Virus record (IMG/VR): IMGVR_UViG_3300025389_000011
Direction: 5' to 3' (one strand)
Origin: a virus
Taxonomy: Duplodnaviria; Caudoviricetes
DNA: 64,000 nt
This document shows positions 36,550 through 48,800 of the stretch, piece by piece; the stretch's first letter is position 1; each line of letters begins with the position of its first letter. Both the position numbers and the translations under genes were made by a program. The notes under the pieces are model-generated. The model made no database searches and was not told where the DNA came from. It was given only the letters and a program-made list of their open reading frames with translations.

Positions 36550-37503
36550 TCACCAACCTTCGATTCTGCGAATGACTTCCATTTCTGTTACCAATGGTCC
36601 TAAATTACGTGCATCTGCTTTATAGTGGCGTTTGAAAAACTTACTTTGTTCTGCGGTATGCATACACATAGGTAAACCTAACTTAGCACTTAAATCATCT
36701 CCGTACTTTTTAATTAACTGTAATGGATCTTCATTTTTAACATTTTCCCACATTGCAAGATAGTTATCAAACCATTGAACTTCAATATGATTCCAGTCAG
36801 TCAGCATTGTCATGTACGTTCCCATACGTGCGCCCATGATTGCCCATTCTCCGTTTTCGGCATCTAATCCAATGTTATGCCAAATTGTTAGATTATTCAT
36901 ATTACGCATGGCTACAGTTTCTTTGAATACATCTACTGAGGGTACCGCACCTTTGTCTAAACACATCTTAACACCTTCACGGAATCCAGCACGCCATGCT
37001 TGGAAGGGAGTTTGATTTGGATATGTAGTTGAATAACAATCATGCATAGCCCAGTATAGATTATCTTTACTATCTAAACAAAAATCAGCAATACGTGTTA
37101 TATCACCTTCTGTTTGATTTTCATGTGTTTGCATTTCACGCACGTATGTTTTTGTCCAACTACTCATACCACCGTTACCATAACGTAACCCATTGATAGC
37201 ATTGATAGCTTTCCAACGAAACTGTGCTTTTTTAAATGTTTCCTCTTTATCAGTAAAATCTAGTTGAATGTTGAAGAAATTTTCTTGTGGCATATTATCG
37301 CCATCAATAAGAATAAAACGTTCTGTTTCACTGGCTTCACCTGCGGCTTTATGTGCGGCATCACTACCTTTGACACCGTCAACACGTTTGGCCCAAGGTA
37401 CCATGTTTTTAATCTTTAACCAGAATTCTTCTTTCTGTGGTTCATCATAACTAAGATAAATGCAATCTAAGTCTGCTACATCAATAATATCATCCGAGTT
37501 CAT
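36550..37503 (-). CDS. GT-A-like putative glycosyltransferase
   Basis: DCIYLSYDEP, RVDGVKGSDAAHKAA, FILIDGDN (DxD), NGLRYGNGG, AWRAGFREGVKM. Confidence 0.6.
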   Translation of the reverse strand: MNSDDIIDVADLDCIYLSYDEPQKEEFWLKIKNMVPWAKRVDGVKGSDAAHKAAGEASETERFILIDGDNMPQENFFNIQLDFTDKEETFKKAQFRWKAINAINGLRYGNGGMSSWTKTYVREMQTHENQTEGDITRIADFCLDSKDNLYWAMHDCYSTTYPNQTPFQAWRAGFREGVKMCLDKGAVPSVDVFKETVAMRNMNNLTIWHNIGLDAENGEWAIMGARMGTYMTMLTDWNHIEVQWFDNYLAMWENVKNEDPLQLIKKYGDDLSAKLGLPMCMHTAEQSKFFKRHYKADARNLGPLVTEMEVIRRIEGW

Positions 37504-37861
37504 ATATAGTAAGTTTCCATTTCATTTTATCATTAAATGATTCGTCAACTACGATACTTACATCCTCGCTATAACAACTGATTCCGTCATTGCTTGGCAT
37601 TAATTTATAAACAACAGCATCTGCTTTCGCTGTTGAAATTCTACCATCAATAACTTTTATATCATGACGGGCTTCGGCAAATGTTTGTTTATCGATAACA
37701 ATATAGTTACCACCTTCAATATGGCAGGATTTATCTCCTACATATGAAATAACATTACCTTTATCGTCATAATATAATCTAAATTCGGGAGGCACCATAA
37801 CAGGTGGTTCCCAAACAATAAGAAAATCTGCGTTTTTGTCTTTTACGTATCTGACTGTCAT
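37490..37861 (-). CDS. Hypothetical protein
   Basis: 123-aa ORF with overlapping start/stop junctions on both sides. Confidence 0.7.
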   Translation of the reverse strand: MTVRYVKDKNADFLIVWEPPVMVPPEFRLYYDDKGNVISYVGDKSCHIEGGNYIVIDKQTFAEARHDIKVIDGRISTAKADAVVYKLMPSNDGISCYSEDVSIVVDESFNDKMKWKLTIYELG

Positions 37862-38607
37862 TTTATGCTTTCCAGTATTTTATCAGAAAAATTCTTAATA
37901 TGATAGTGAAATGGATATTGTTGTGATACTGTTTGCACTCTAATTTGGTTTGGTAAACATTCGTACACAAATGTGTCTGTCCAATTTTCAGTTGGGTTGT
38001 TGTTTACAAACTGTTTCATGTGTACCATACTCATTTCATTAAATGAAGGTAATGTTGTTTTTTCAACTCCTACAATATGACATGCAATAGCATATGCCCA
38101 ATCTGTACTAACTTCTTCTTGCGGTTTACATCTTAGTGTAGCTTTATACGTTTCCCAATTTTCAAATACATCTTTAACAACTTCAAAAAATGCTTTTGCT
38201 GTGTCAGATTTTTTAAAGTATGTTATGGCATTGTATACATCTGGTAATTTATTATCATCAATAAATCTACGGTAGGTTCTTGCATCTGAAATTTCTTGTT
38301 TGTAATTTCTAATTGTAGTTGATACAACAACATCTTGTAATGCCAAAATATCCCACCAGTGCTCTATACTGCGTGGTATATACATGTCACTTTCTAATTT
38401 GATTGTTTCATCATATGGGCTAGCCTCATATACTTGCCAATCATTTTGATATCCACCTAAATCTCCATATGGTAACATATCACTGGTTATAATTGTAATA
38501 TTTGCATTAGGCATTACACGTAGTATGCTTTTACTTAATGCTTCAGCACATTTTGTATATTTTGTTTGCTCGGTATCCTGAGCCATGATTACAAACCCTT
38601 TACTCAT
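37858..38607 (-). CDS. GT-A (GT8-like) glycosyltransferase
   Basis: SPYDETIKLESDMY, YNAITYFKK, STDWAYAIA; paralog of 38604-39407. Confidence 0.65.
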   Translation of the reverse strand: MSKGFVIMAQDTEQTKYTKCAEALSKSILRVMPNANITIITSDMLPYGDLGGYQNDWQVYEASPYDETIKLESDMYIPRSIEHWWDILALQDVVVSTTIRNYKQEISDARTYRRFIDDNKLPDVYNAITYFKKSDTAKAFFEVVKDVFENWETYKATLRCKPQEEVSTDWAYAIACHIVGVEKTTLPSFNEMSMVHMKQFVNNNPTENWTDTFVYECLPNQIRVQTVSQQYPFHYHIKNFSDKILESIK

Positions 38608-39407
38608 GCTATAAGCTCCATAAAATTATCTTTGTTCATCATGTGAAAGTCTGTATCTTTAACCATTGAATATTCTTTACGAATTTTTCCTTTAGTCCAG
38701 TTATCAAACATAACGGTATATTCTGTGTTGAATTCATCATCATTGTTTCTGTATACACTTGTGTTTTTACCAACGTGTACCAAATTCCATGGAATAATAT
38801 CTTCGGTAGGAGAAGTATGACCATTGGTAATACGTGCGGCTAATGTTAGTGCATAATCATTTCTAAATGTAATAGAAATAAAACCGTGCAATGTTGCATA
38901 GTGGTCGTAATTAGATTGAATCATTTCTAAACATTCAAATATTTGTTTAGCACGATTTGTCTTTTTGAACATTACAACAGTTGCCCACATAGTCTTAAAA
39001 CTATATACGCTAATCATGTCTTGGTCAGAGTTTGGATGCATTAAAAAACTAGTAGAATCATGGCAACAAAAATCTGTTGGCAATTCAAAAAGTTTTAACA
39101 ACTTATCTGAATTAACCATGTAATCTGTGTCCAATAGTATTGTTTCATCATATGGACTTAAGTCATAAGCACGAAATCTACCTTTATTCATCCACACACC
39201 CCATTCACGACTATTGGTTTTATCGGCTGTGGTTATAATGGTATTATCAAAAATATAAGTTTGATTTTGTGGCAATGACTCTTCATCCGTTACCAATGTA
39301 ACTGGAAGTCCCAAAAAGTGATTAATACGTTTAGCAGTAGCCACTGCCATTTCGTAATAATTGTATTTTGGACTATTAAAGGCGAATAATAGTACCCCTT
39401 GGCTCAT
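38604..39407 (-). CDS. GT-A (GT8-like) glycosyltransferase
   Basis: SPYDETILLDTDY (DxD), WATVVMFKK, FRNDYALTLA. Confidence 0.7.
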   Translation of the reverse strand: MSQGVLLFAFNSPKYNYYEMAVATAKRINHFLGLPVTLVTDEESLPQNQTYIFDNTIITTADKTNSREWGVWMNKGRFRAYDLSPYDETILLDTDYMVNSDKLLKLFELPTDFCCHDSTSFLMHPNSDQDMISVYSFKTMWATVVMFKKTNRAKQIFECLEMIQSNYDHYATLHGFISITFRNDYALTLAARITNGHTSPTEDIIPWNLVHVGKNTSVYRNNDDEFNTEYTVMFDNWTKGKIRKEYSMVKDTDFHMMNKDNFMELIA

Positions 39408-39709
39408 CTGTTATTCTCTAGTTCTGTCCATTCATCGTGCCAATCACTCATTACTGTTGTATAAGTATCTTGTAATTTGGCTAACAATGTTTTTCTGTCT
39501 ACTTTGACAGGATTGTTAAAAGTGTCAATAAGAATTACTTCTTTTGACTTGCTTGAATTCAAAAAATTGATGGTTGTTAAATCAGCACGCCAAAGACCAT
39601 TTTGTTCGGCAACAATAAGTTTGCTGTCGTATTTGTCTTTTAAATAGGCTTTGGCTGAGTTATGATTGAAACGTGCTTTGGCTTCGTTAATTAATGTCTT
39701 TGTGTCCAT
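39404..39709 (-). CDS. Hypothetical protein, first gene of the modification operon
   Basis: 101 aa; SD AGGAGAG; ATGA-type overlap with the GT gene. Confidence 0.75.
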   Translation of the reverse strand: MDTKTLINEAKARFNHNSAKAYLKDKYDSKLIVAEQNGLWRADLTTINFLNSSKSKEVILIDTFNNPVKVDRKTLLAKLQDTYTTVMSDWHDEWTELENNR

Positions 39710-39728
39710 GTATATACTCTCCTATGAG

Positions 39729-39736
39729 TATTTATA
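39729..39736 (-). promoter_or_regulatory. T4-type late promoter TATAAATA heading the 39709-14440 operon
   Basis: Exact TATAAATA in the intergenic gap, just upstream of the SD. Confidence 0.7.
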
Positions 39737-39761
39737 GATTAACACAAAGACATTATAAAAA

Positions 39762-40715
39762 TTATGAACCCGAAACAGTACCGGTTACAGTAATTGTACC
39801 CCAAGTATTACTTAAGTATGTTGTTTCTGGAACAACTGCTGTTACTGTTGTAGCAGAACCTGTACCAACAGTTAAGCCACCAGGAATCTCGTCCCAAATT
39901 GTGTATAAAGTAATAACACTACCTGTGTCACTGTGTGAACCTTGCGTACCATTTGATTTAGCAACAACACGAATAAATGTGTTTACATAACCTGAAGGGC
40001 TACCTGTCGCTGTTTGTGTAAACACGTTAGCATTGCTTGTTGTTAATGCATAATATCCGTTATTTGTTAATACAGTTGGTGAATTACCACCTCCACCAAC
40101 TTTTTGAACACCGCTATACGATGTACTTGCAATTGTTGCTGTACCTGAACTAGGTGCGCTTATTACAATTGTACCAACGTTACTTGCTAATTGGTTCATT
40201 AGTAAGTTAATACCCGAAGTATTATTTGGATTACTACATGTAATTTTTAATTGTCCACCTGAGTTAAAGAAATACCGTGCGGCATCACCGTTTGCAAAAG
40301 TAATTGTGTGAGTAAATGTCAATGCAGTTGACCAAGTACTACCATAAGTTGCTGTGTTAGCAACAGTGGTTCCTTGACTGGCTGCATTTAATCTAGGTGA
40401 ATAGATTGATGTTAAGTTTGTAGGGATAGCTGACAAATAAGTAATAACACCGCCCACAACTGGAGCAGTAACTGCTGTGATACTTGTGCCTTGATGTGAA
40501 GCGGCATTAGAAGTTTTATTAACTAAGTTAGCCCAATCACTAGCAAAAACTGAATTACCTGCAGATACGTTTGCTAATGCAGTTTGACCATAACCTGCGG
40601 TTGAGCCGCCGGTTGCCCATACTGTGTTTAATGCACCTGATGTAGTGACAGGATCGCCACCTACTAGTGCATTATAGTCACTAGCTTGAATTGTTCCGTA
40701 TTGTGCGTATGACAT
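39762..40715 (-). CDS. Virion structural protein (tail/fibre-associated)
   Basis: S/T/G-rich beta-type sequence within the structural block; SD AAAAGGA. Confidence 0.6.
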   Translation of the reverse strand: MSYAQYGTIQASDYNALVGGDPVTTSGALNTVWATGGSTAGYGQTALANVSAGNSVFASDWANLVNKTSNAASHQGTSITAVTAPVVGGVITYLSAIPTNLTSIYSPRLNAASQGTTVANTATYGSTWSTALTFTHTITFANGDAARYFFNSGGQLKITCSNPNNTSGINLLMNQLASNVGTIVISAPSSGTATIASTSYSGVQKVGGGGNSPTVLTNNGYYALTTSNANVFTQTATGSPSGYVNTFIRVVAKSNGTQGSHSDTGSVITLYTIWDEIPGGLTVGTGSATTVTAVVPETTYLSNTWGTITVTGTVSGS

Positions 40716-40733
40716 GTTTTATTAATCCTTTTA

Positions 40734-41993
40734 TTATTTAATTGATACGATTGCTAGAACCAAACCAATTTCGTCTGTGGTTTTGTCTGCTAATGCACGA
40801 CCTATTGAGTTGAATGGTGTAGCTTCCCCTGCTTTTGCGGCACGTGCAATGCCATTGCCTGCACTTACTAATCTGTCAGCCTTCTTAACTTGACCAATTG
40901 CTTTAACTTCTACTCTACCGGCGAGTGCTATAGGAGGGTGGGTTTTATCTGAACCTGCGGCTTGATTCATTAAATATGCCGCTGTATTTGAAACTACACC
41001 AAATACATTGTCGCTTAAATCCAATTTAACTGCGGTGATTTCTTTTTCTCCGCCTATTTCAACTACTGTACCAACTTCATATTCTTGGTCAGCTTCAAAA
41101 CGTTCTGCTAAGTCAGCGTATGTTGCTTGTAACCTTGAACCTGTTGTTAATGTAAAATTACCAGTAAGCGCACCAGCAATTGTATTTCCACCAGTTGTAA
41201 TGTTTGCTGTAGTGACACTTGCAACGCTAATCGAACCACTAAAACGTGATACTGAGTTGCTACCTGTCAAATAATCATACACGTTACCATTATTATAGGT
41301 ACCTGCAAAGCTGACAGGTGTACCATTTGCATAATAATAGTTATCTGTTCTAATACCAATATTACCGCCACCTTGGCTATTTACATTACCTATCAATAAA
41401 TTACCACCAGTGATATATACTGCGGTTCCTCCCTGAGAATTTAGTGAAGCTGAACCATTAACTGTCCAAGCACCAACAATGTTACCTGTTGTAGATGGTG
41501 AACCAGTACTGATAAATTGTGTGTATAATGATCCAATATTACCTGTTGTAACGTTTGCGTTTGCAATACTTGCATTGCTTGTTACAGTTGCTAAACGTAC
41601 TGTAATTGTGTCAGCTGCCAATGCATTAGTGATTGTAGCATTGTTTGCTGTTAAATTTCCTGTAACTTGTAGTGTGCCAAAAGTTGTTGTTCCTGAACTA
41701 CCTGATTGTGCTAATGTCAACCAAGCATTTGCATTGGTGATATAGTCTGTAGGGCAAACATTTAGTGTGTTATTATTTGTATTAAACCATAATTGGCCCT
41801 GTAATGGGTTAGGAGGAGGACTTGCATTGGCAAAATTCTCAGTTAGCCAAACAAAGTTTGTATCTAAAACGTTACCATAACCAGCATAATTACGACCGGG
41901 TAACCCGTATAGTGATGTACTATTTGTGTTGATAGTACCGTCTGCAATGGTAGTTAGTGGTTGCCCATTGAATTTATTAATCGAATATGCCAT
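40734..41993 (-). CDS. Tail fibre-like protein with C-terminal intramolecular chaperone/autoproteolytic domain
   Basis: N-terminal GRNYAGYG...ENFA...P..GQLWF anchor motif; C-terminal ATYADLAERFEAD...GTVV...GVVS...PIALAGRV...IGRAL. Confidence 0.7.
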   Translation of the reverse strand: MAYSINKFNGQPLTTIADGTINTNSTSLYGLPGRNYAGYGNVLDTNFVWLTENFANASPPPNPLQGQLWFNTNNNTLNVCPTDYITNANAWLTLAQSGSSGTTTFGTLQVTGNLTANNATITNALAADTITVRLATVTSNASIANANVTTGNIGSLYTQFISTGSPSTTGNIVGAWTVNGSASLNSQGGTAVYITGGNLLIGNVNSQGGGNIGIRTDNYYYANGTPVSFAGTYNNGNVYDYLTGSNSVSRFSGSISVASVTTANITTGGNTIAGALTGNFTLTTGSRLQATYADLAERFEADQEYEVGTVVEIGGEKEITAVKLDLSDNVFGVVSNTAAYLMNQAAGSDKTHPPIALAGRVEVKAIGQVKKADRLVSAGNGIARAAKAGEATPFNSIGRALADKTTDEIGLVLAIVSIK

Positions 41994-42016
41994 GTTTTAA
42001 TTACTCCGTTATCTGT

Positions 42017-42023
42017 TATTTAT
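42017..42023 (-). promoter_or_regulatory. Late-type promoter ATAAATA
   Basis: GATAAATA upstream of SD ACGGAG and the ATG at 41993. Confidence 0.55.
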
Positions 42024-42024
42024 C

Positions 42025-42645
42025 TTAAATTGTTATTAAATTAGTTAAACTCTGTATTCTTACAGTATAATCGATTTGAATTTGTCTATTCAAACTCTTT
42101 TGTACTGGGTGAAAAATCACATGAGTTAATAAAGTAGTAATAACGTTACCGTTATTATCTGTACCGTAATTTGAGAGCAAGCCCAATTCATCAAAAACAT
42201 AAGAACTATCAGTTTGTGTACTATTATCAAATGCGGCTTGACCTGCGGGCTCACCGTAATCTAGTAAACATTGAACTAATATATCTGTATAAACTGTACC
42301 TGTCGTATGCGTTACTGTCATCTTGTTACGTGTAGGATCCAAGTTAAAAACACTAGTATCATCTACGATTTTTGCGTAAGTTTGATTGTACAATGCCGCA
42401 TTTTGTCCAGATACGTTAGGGGGCAAATAAGTAATAACGCCTGTTTCACTTACACTTGCACCACCGTTTCCAAAAGCCATTTCATAAATCTGACCATAAC
42501 CACGATTACTTAATGTGTTAGCAATTGATTCTGACATATTTTCATAATTAATGGCATTTTTCTTTTCCACAAATACTTCTCCGTTGTTAGGATCGTATAC
42601 TTTTAGAAAGCCTTCTACTTTATATGATAATTGTATTACTGACAT
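42025..42645 (-). CDS. Conserved virion/baseplate-region protein
   Basis: 206 aa (KNAINYENMS, EMAFGNGG, YVFDELGL, THVIFHPVQKSLNR...IDYTVRI), located in the structural block. Confidence 0.6.
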   Translation of the reverse strand: MSVIQLSYKVEGFLKVYDPNNGEVFVEKKNAINYENMSESIANTLSNRGYGQIYEMAFGNGGASVSETGVITYLPPNVSGQNAALYNQTYAKIVDDTSVFNLDPTRNKMTVTHTTGTVYTDILVQCLLDYGEPAGQAAFDNSTQTDSSYVFDELGLLSNYGTDNNGNVITTLLTHVIFHPVQKSLNRQIQIDYTVRIQSLTNLITI

Positions 42646-42648
42646 TAA

Positions 42649-42798
42649 TTAATCGCCTCGCATGTGTACTAGAACTTCTTTTGTGTTTGGATCAGTTATT
42701 TTAACCCCAGAAGAAAAATAGAACCCGCCAATTTCATTTGGCTTTTTTTGGGGCTTTTCTACGGGTTTTTCTTCTTTTTTGTTTAGGTTTTCGTTCAT
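42649..42798 (-). CDS. 49-aa small protein (not in ORF track)
   Basis: MNENLNKKEEKPVEKPQKKPNEIGGFYFSSGVKITDPNTKEVLVHMRGD*; fills the gap exactly. Confidence 0.7.
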   Translation of the reverse strand: MNENLNKKEEKPVEKPQKKPNEIGGFYFSSGVKITDPNTKEVLVHMRGD

Positions 42799-42803
42799 AT
42801 ATT

Positions 42804-42810
42804 TATTTAT
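42804..42810 (-). promoter_or_regulatory. Late-type promoter ATAAATA, 5 nt before the ATG at 42798
   Basis: GATAAATA-AATAT-ATG with no SD. Confidence 0.5.
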
Positions 42811-42812
42811 CA

Positions 42813-45800
42813 TTAATTTATACCGCCTCTTAGGAAATCTGCGCCCTGAGTATATGCAATCTGTAACGGATCACCGTTAACTGTGTCATAATATCCTGGG
42901 ATAGGATTCCATGTTTCATGATATAAAACATCTGTCATCATGTTAGTTGTGTTTATTCCATACACAGGAGTGTATACTGGTATGTAATTTTGTTCTCCAG
43001 TACCATTTGTTCCCCTAGATAATCCAGTGACTGTGTTGGTATTTAAATCACAGTACTCAAATCCAATCTGTTCTCCGTTAATAAACACTAATCTACCAAT
43101 ACCCACTGTAATAGTTAATGAGTCACCAATAGACACTTGGCTGTTTATCTGCAATATAGGAGCTGTATCAACAATTACAGTTTTGTAACTAGTTTGATTT
43201 AACTCTACTCCTGTAGTGTTGTTATAGACATATATGTAACAGATGTCATTTTTATTAGCACTTAAACCAATATAATAGTCCCCGTCAGTTGCGGCCGCAG
43301 GGCAAGTTGCATTTTGTACAATACTGTTTGTAATTTTTTTAACATCATTAAAATGTATTATACTATCCGTGTATTGCAATGGTTGTGTTAACCAAGTTCT
43401 ATTATTTCCATTAGTTCTGAAAACATTTCCTTGATTTGAAGCAGACACGTTTAACAAATAAACTTCTTCGTTTGGTGTAGCACTTGGCATCATACTTGTA
43501 ATAATAACCTCATCACCTGTTTGAATTGTAGTTAATATGCTTAAATCGTTATATGGGTTTAGTATTAACTTACTTGAAGGAACACGATACCCGTTTATTG
43601 TTACCCATAATCTATCTACGTTAATTTGTACAAATTGTGACACAAACACTTTACCTGTATCAGTTGTTAATACAAACTCACTTTGATTTGGATATTGCTT
43701 TGTGCTAATTGTAAATTCTTGGTCTGCTGTGGCAGTTCCTGTTCCACTACCATAACCTGTTGCAATGAATGTAACGCCAATTGTGTTAGAACTTGCGCCA
43801 ACTGCGGTGAAATTAGTAGTACCTAATGTTACAATCGTATATTGATTTCCAATAATAAAGTTTCCTGCAGTTGTAATAGGACTTACTTCATAAACATAGT
43901 ATTCTACGTCAGCTTGAATACCACCTAAAATATTGTCACCAAAAGTTGAATTTACAGTAGTAAAGTATACAGGAGTATTAGGTATTAATCCTTGTGTGCT
44001 TACCACTGTTATTCTATTACCAGTAGAATTTGTTGCTGTTGTGTTTGTGTTTGAAAGTGTGAACACTCTATCTAACCAAACATAACCATCACCTATGTAT
44101 GTTGAACAATTAGTTACAGGGAAGTTAGGGGCATTTAATGTTGGAGTATATGCTTGTAGATACAAATCAATAATTTTACTTGTAACTATTTTAGCATAAA
44201 ATACATTATTATTCAATTGTACGGAACCAACAGTACCATCTATACGTATCAATGAGTTTTCAGCTAAATTATGGTCAATTCCAGTTGTCACACGAATAGC
44301 TGGCTGACCTCCTGCATATCCAACAATAGTTCCTGTACTATAATCAGTCAATTGAATTGTTGTACCATATTGGTCTGTGATTGTAAAACTTGTATCGTCA
44401 ATAATTGTGCCTACAATATAGTATTCACCAGTTGTACTGATTCCCCCATATGTGCCAGGCGTTTGAGCTTTGAATATAATAAATTGTCCCGGTACCACTG
44501 GGTGTGTCGCATTATAAACAATTGCATTTGTTCCGGAAATTGTTTGAGATACTAATACTGTTGAACTTGCAGGGGTAATGGCATTGTCGATATTAACAAT
44601 ATTAGCCACAGTTAAACCATTCAATGAACCGTTCATTGTACCAGTATCACTAGTAACTGGGAACACAGCACCACCAACTTGAGTTGAAATAGTAAAGTCT
44701 GTAGAATTTAATATTTGAAGAATATAGTAAACTTGTCCGGCGATAATTCCACCAAATGTAGGTGATGAAAACACGATTGGGCTGTTGACAGTTAAATCTG
44801 CCGTAGTACCTGTACTCAAATGTAAGTAATTAAATTGTTCGTCATATGTTACAATTTGTGGATTATTTTCATCATATGTATATGTATTTGGGCTATTTTC
44901 ATCGTATGTAGCCAATGTATTTACAGTAGCACCAACTACAACTTCAACAAATACTGAGCCAGGACTTCCAGTGATACCATATTGAGTATTTAAATATTGA
45001 CGGTCAGTTAAGTTATATGTAGTAACTGCTACCGTTGAGTTTAATAGGGGCGGAGTATAGAACAAAATAGTATTTGTTGAACTATTAATTGAATATAATC
45101 CTATTGTTTGACGTAAGCCATTAATCTCTACAATTGCATTGTTTGGATTGTCACCACCGCAATAGTTTACCAAATTAAATGTTGATTTAGATGCATTACC
45201 AAAGAACACTTGTGTTTGTGGTATTGTGTAACCATATTGTATAGGAGATGTTTGTCCCAATACAGTATAGCTAATATAATCTACTGCTGTGTTGTATGTT
45301 TGTGCAAGAATAATCTTAGCGTTAATTCCATTATCTGCTATACCTAATGCAAAGTCGTTAGATATATAAGTTGCTACACCTGATTCAGTTGACACAACAA
45401 ATACTGGACCACCTGCAGTCTCACTAATGGTGATTCTATCGTATCCTAATATTTGTTTAACGTAGTATGTTATGTATGGAGTAATTCCACCAAAAATACC
45501 GGGACCAAACGTAATTGGCATATTGGGTACAAAGTTATATGTTGAATTAACAATTATTAAATTATCAAAAGAAAGTGTATTTGTAACTATACCAGATTCA
45601 CCCAATACTAATAAATTACCATTATGGTATACCGCTGGTGGAGTCCAAACAACACCATCACCATTTTGAGAGATAGCTTTCATGCTACCACTTGCTGTAG
45701 TTAAATCAAAAGTAACACCTGCTGTACCTGTAGAAAGATTGATACTTGTTGATATAGTAATTCTATTTGATATGTCATCAATTGTTTTTACGTAATAAGG

Positions 45801-48800
45801 AGTTTCTATTGCAACACCACCAAACACAGTTCCTTCAAAAGTTATTACGTTGTTTAATGCAATATTAGCCACTGTATCAAGCGTTATTTGATTTGTGGTT
45901 GAATCAGTATGTGTTGCAGTTGCAATGTAGGGTTGTGATCCTGGTCTGATAACCCCTGAACCTTGATAGATACTTGCACTATAATTTGCATTTAAGTAAA
46001 TTTCTTGGAAGCCAGTAGTTTCGTTTGTTCTAATTGGATTGTTACTCGTACTAGATTTAACCAATTGGTCACCGTTACCAGTTTCATACAAATCAATACG
46101 TAATGAATCTGCGTTGCCAGGGCTTGTAAATGACAATGAGTTTGTCAATATGATTAATTGATTTACCCAATCAACGGTATAGAATCCGTTTTCTTCGTAA
46201 ACTCTTGTGCTTAAACCAGTCGTATAACTTGTAACATATACAGCTAATTCGCTTGGAGTTGTAGCTATACTTGCAAAACTATATTCAGTTTGAGTACCGC
46301 TAGTTGCCTGTATCTCAATTGATTTAGTGCCATAACCTAGGTTTTGATATACTGTGGCGTCCCAGTTTGTACCAGGACGTGTAGCTACTGTCATTGTTAA
46401 TGTGTCGCTTACCACACCAGGTACCAATTCTTCTGGACCATAACCACTAGTAAATGAGTCACCTTGTACATCGTATACAGTAGGTGGATTTCTAAATATA
46501 CTACCTATTGTCCAACCAGATGTGTTACCCTGTAATACCGTGTTGTTATCTCCTACAACAAGATATTCATTAGTATCACTATTGTATGTAACACTTCTTA
46601 AGTTTTGCGTTGTGCCTGAAGTTTGTGTAGTCCAAGTTGTACCGTCAACTGTTCCGTACACTATGGCACCATTATCACCTACAGCCACAAATCTATTATT
46701 AATGTTGTCCCATATAATTTTGTTTAAATTTTCAGTTGTACCTGATGTTTGTACAAACCAAGTATACGTGTTAAATGTAGTATAAATGCTACCGCCTTGG
46801 CCAACAGCAACTATAGTATCAATATTACTTGCAACAGAATTAAGTCCATATTGAGTAGTAAAGGTTAATGGACTCCATGATATACCATCTCTACTAGAGA
46901 AAATAATTGCGACATTATTGATAACTAAATTAGTTGAAACTTGCCCTGAACCAACAGCAATAAATCCAGTGAATCCTGCTGTGTTTGCATATGTTACTCC
47001 TGTCAAATTATTTTCTAATGTGCCAGTAAATTCATAACGTTGTTTCCAATCATTAATATCTGTTGCAGTAACAATATTTTTTCCTACTGCAACATATAAA
47101 CCATTTGCATATGCAATACTGCTTAATCCAGTTGAAGGTACTACAGTTGATGGAGTACTAAAGGTTGTGCCATCAATACTTATTAATATTGGAGTAGCAC
47201 TATTGTTTCCTGTTAGTACATATTCACCATCAACATATATAATGTCATATAAACCAATTGGTGTATTAGCTAACTGTAGGCTAGACCATGTTACTCCGTC
47301 AACACTAGCATTAATTGATGAGTTGTTACCCGAATCACTTGTTGCGATATAAGCATGGTTGTTATATAATACTGCTGATAAATTAATGCCAGTTGGGTAA
47401 AATGGTTGGTCTTGTAAGATAGTATCTAACGGATAATTATCAGCCGGTGCAAATGCATTACCTAAATACGTACTATTTGGATAAGTAATACCTGTTACCA
47501 ATTGTGTTAAATCTACACCTGGCATGTCAACAGTTGGTTGATAGTAACCAATAATTCTATCAAGCGCATTAAGTTTACTTGAACCTGAAGTTAATAATTC
47601 CCATTTACCAAAAATGAAGTCAGCATCATTATTACTTACAATACATTGGTAAACATTATTATTGTACTTAACAATACTACTGTTAAAATAGAATGGTTCT
47701 GGTAATAATAAGTAATCACCTGACTTAGCCATTGTCATTGATCCAGTTGCATTTGTTGTAATTGTAAATGCACTACCACCGATACTTGTACTAATAGTTA
47801 TAGTCGTTGATGTAGGTTTAGTTAGAATATAATATGTTTGACCAATTGTTATACCGCCAAATACAGTTCCCGTAAACACAACAGGATCATTGATATTAAA
47901 TTCAGTATTGCTTACAACAGTAATAACATTACCAGTGGTTGCAGTTTGTGTTGCAGTTGTACTTGTTATTCCTTTATATGGTAAGTTTTGTCCACTCACT
48001 GATACCTTCAAGTTAGGATCGCTGTATAGTGCAATTTGATTTACGTCTACTACATCTACATAATATTTGTTGTCCAATCCAGGTGTTACACCTGTTGCAA
48101 TAGTTCCAGTAATACCACCTGTACTATTAATTGCGGACACAGTTAATGTTAAATCATTTGCCGGTGTAGTTCCTCCTACTGAAGTACCAGGTATTACAAT
48201 GGTATTGTTTATTGCGTATCCAACACCTGCACTTGAAAATGCCACATTGTATCCACCTAAAATATAACTAACGTCAAAACTTGCATAGTTACTTGGATTA
48301 ATATATTGTGTTAATGAAATTGTATTAGTTGTTGCATTTGTTAAAGTGTTGCTTAACACAACATATGGGTCACCTGTACCAGTCATACTACCTGTATCGT
48401 TAGATACTGATAACGGTAATGAGCTTCCAACTGAAGTAGCTATAGTAAATCTTCCTTCACCGCTTGGAGGGCTATTATCAATGCTATGTACATAGTAAAT
48501 TACATTTAATAAAACATTACCTAATGATGTTCCTGAGAAGTATATCGGCATGCCAACATATAATACATCAGTTGAATTAGTACCATTAACTGTTAACCAA
48601 TTTCCAGTGCTACTAGTGCTTAACACCTGAACTGAAGTTACTCCAGTGTTTACGACTGTGTATTCTGTTCCAGTAGTTAATCCACCAATATTACCACTAA
48701 CATTAAATTGCATGTTAGTATAAATGTTGGTTATTCCAGGTCCAGTTTGACTCAAGCAAACTCTATTAACTGTTGCCAATGTAGCTGTAAGATTTATGTT

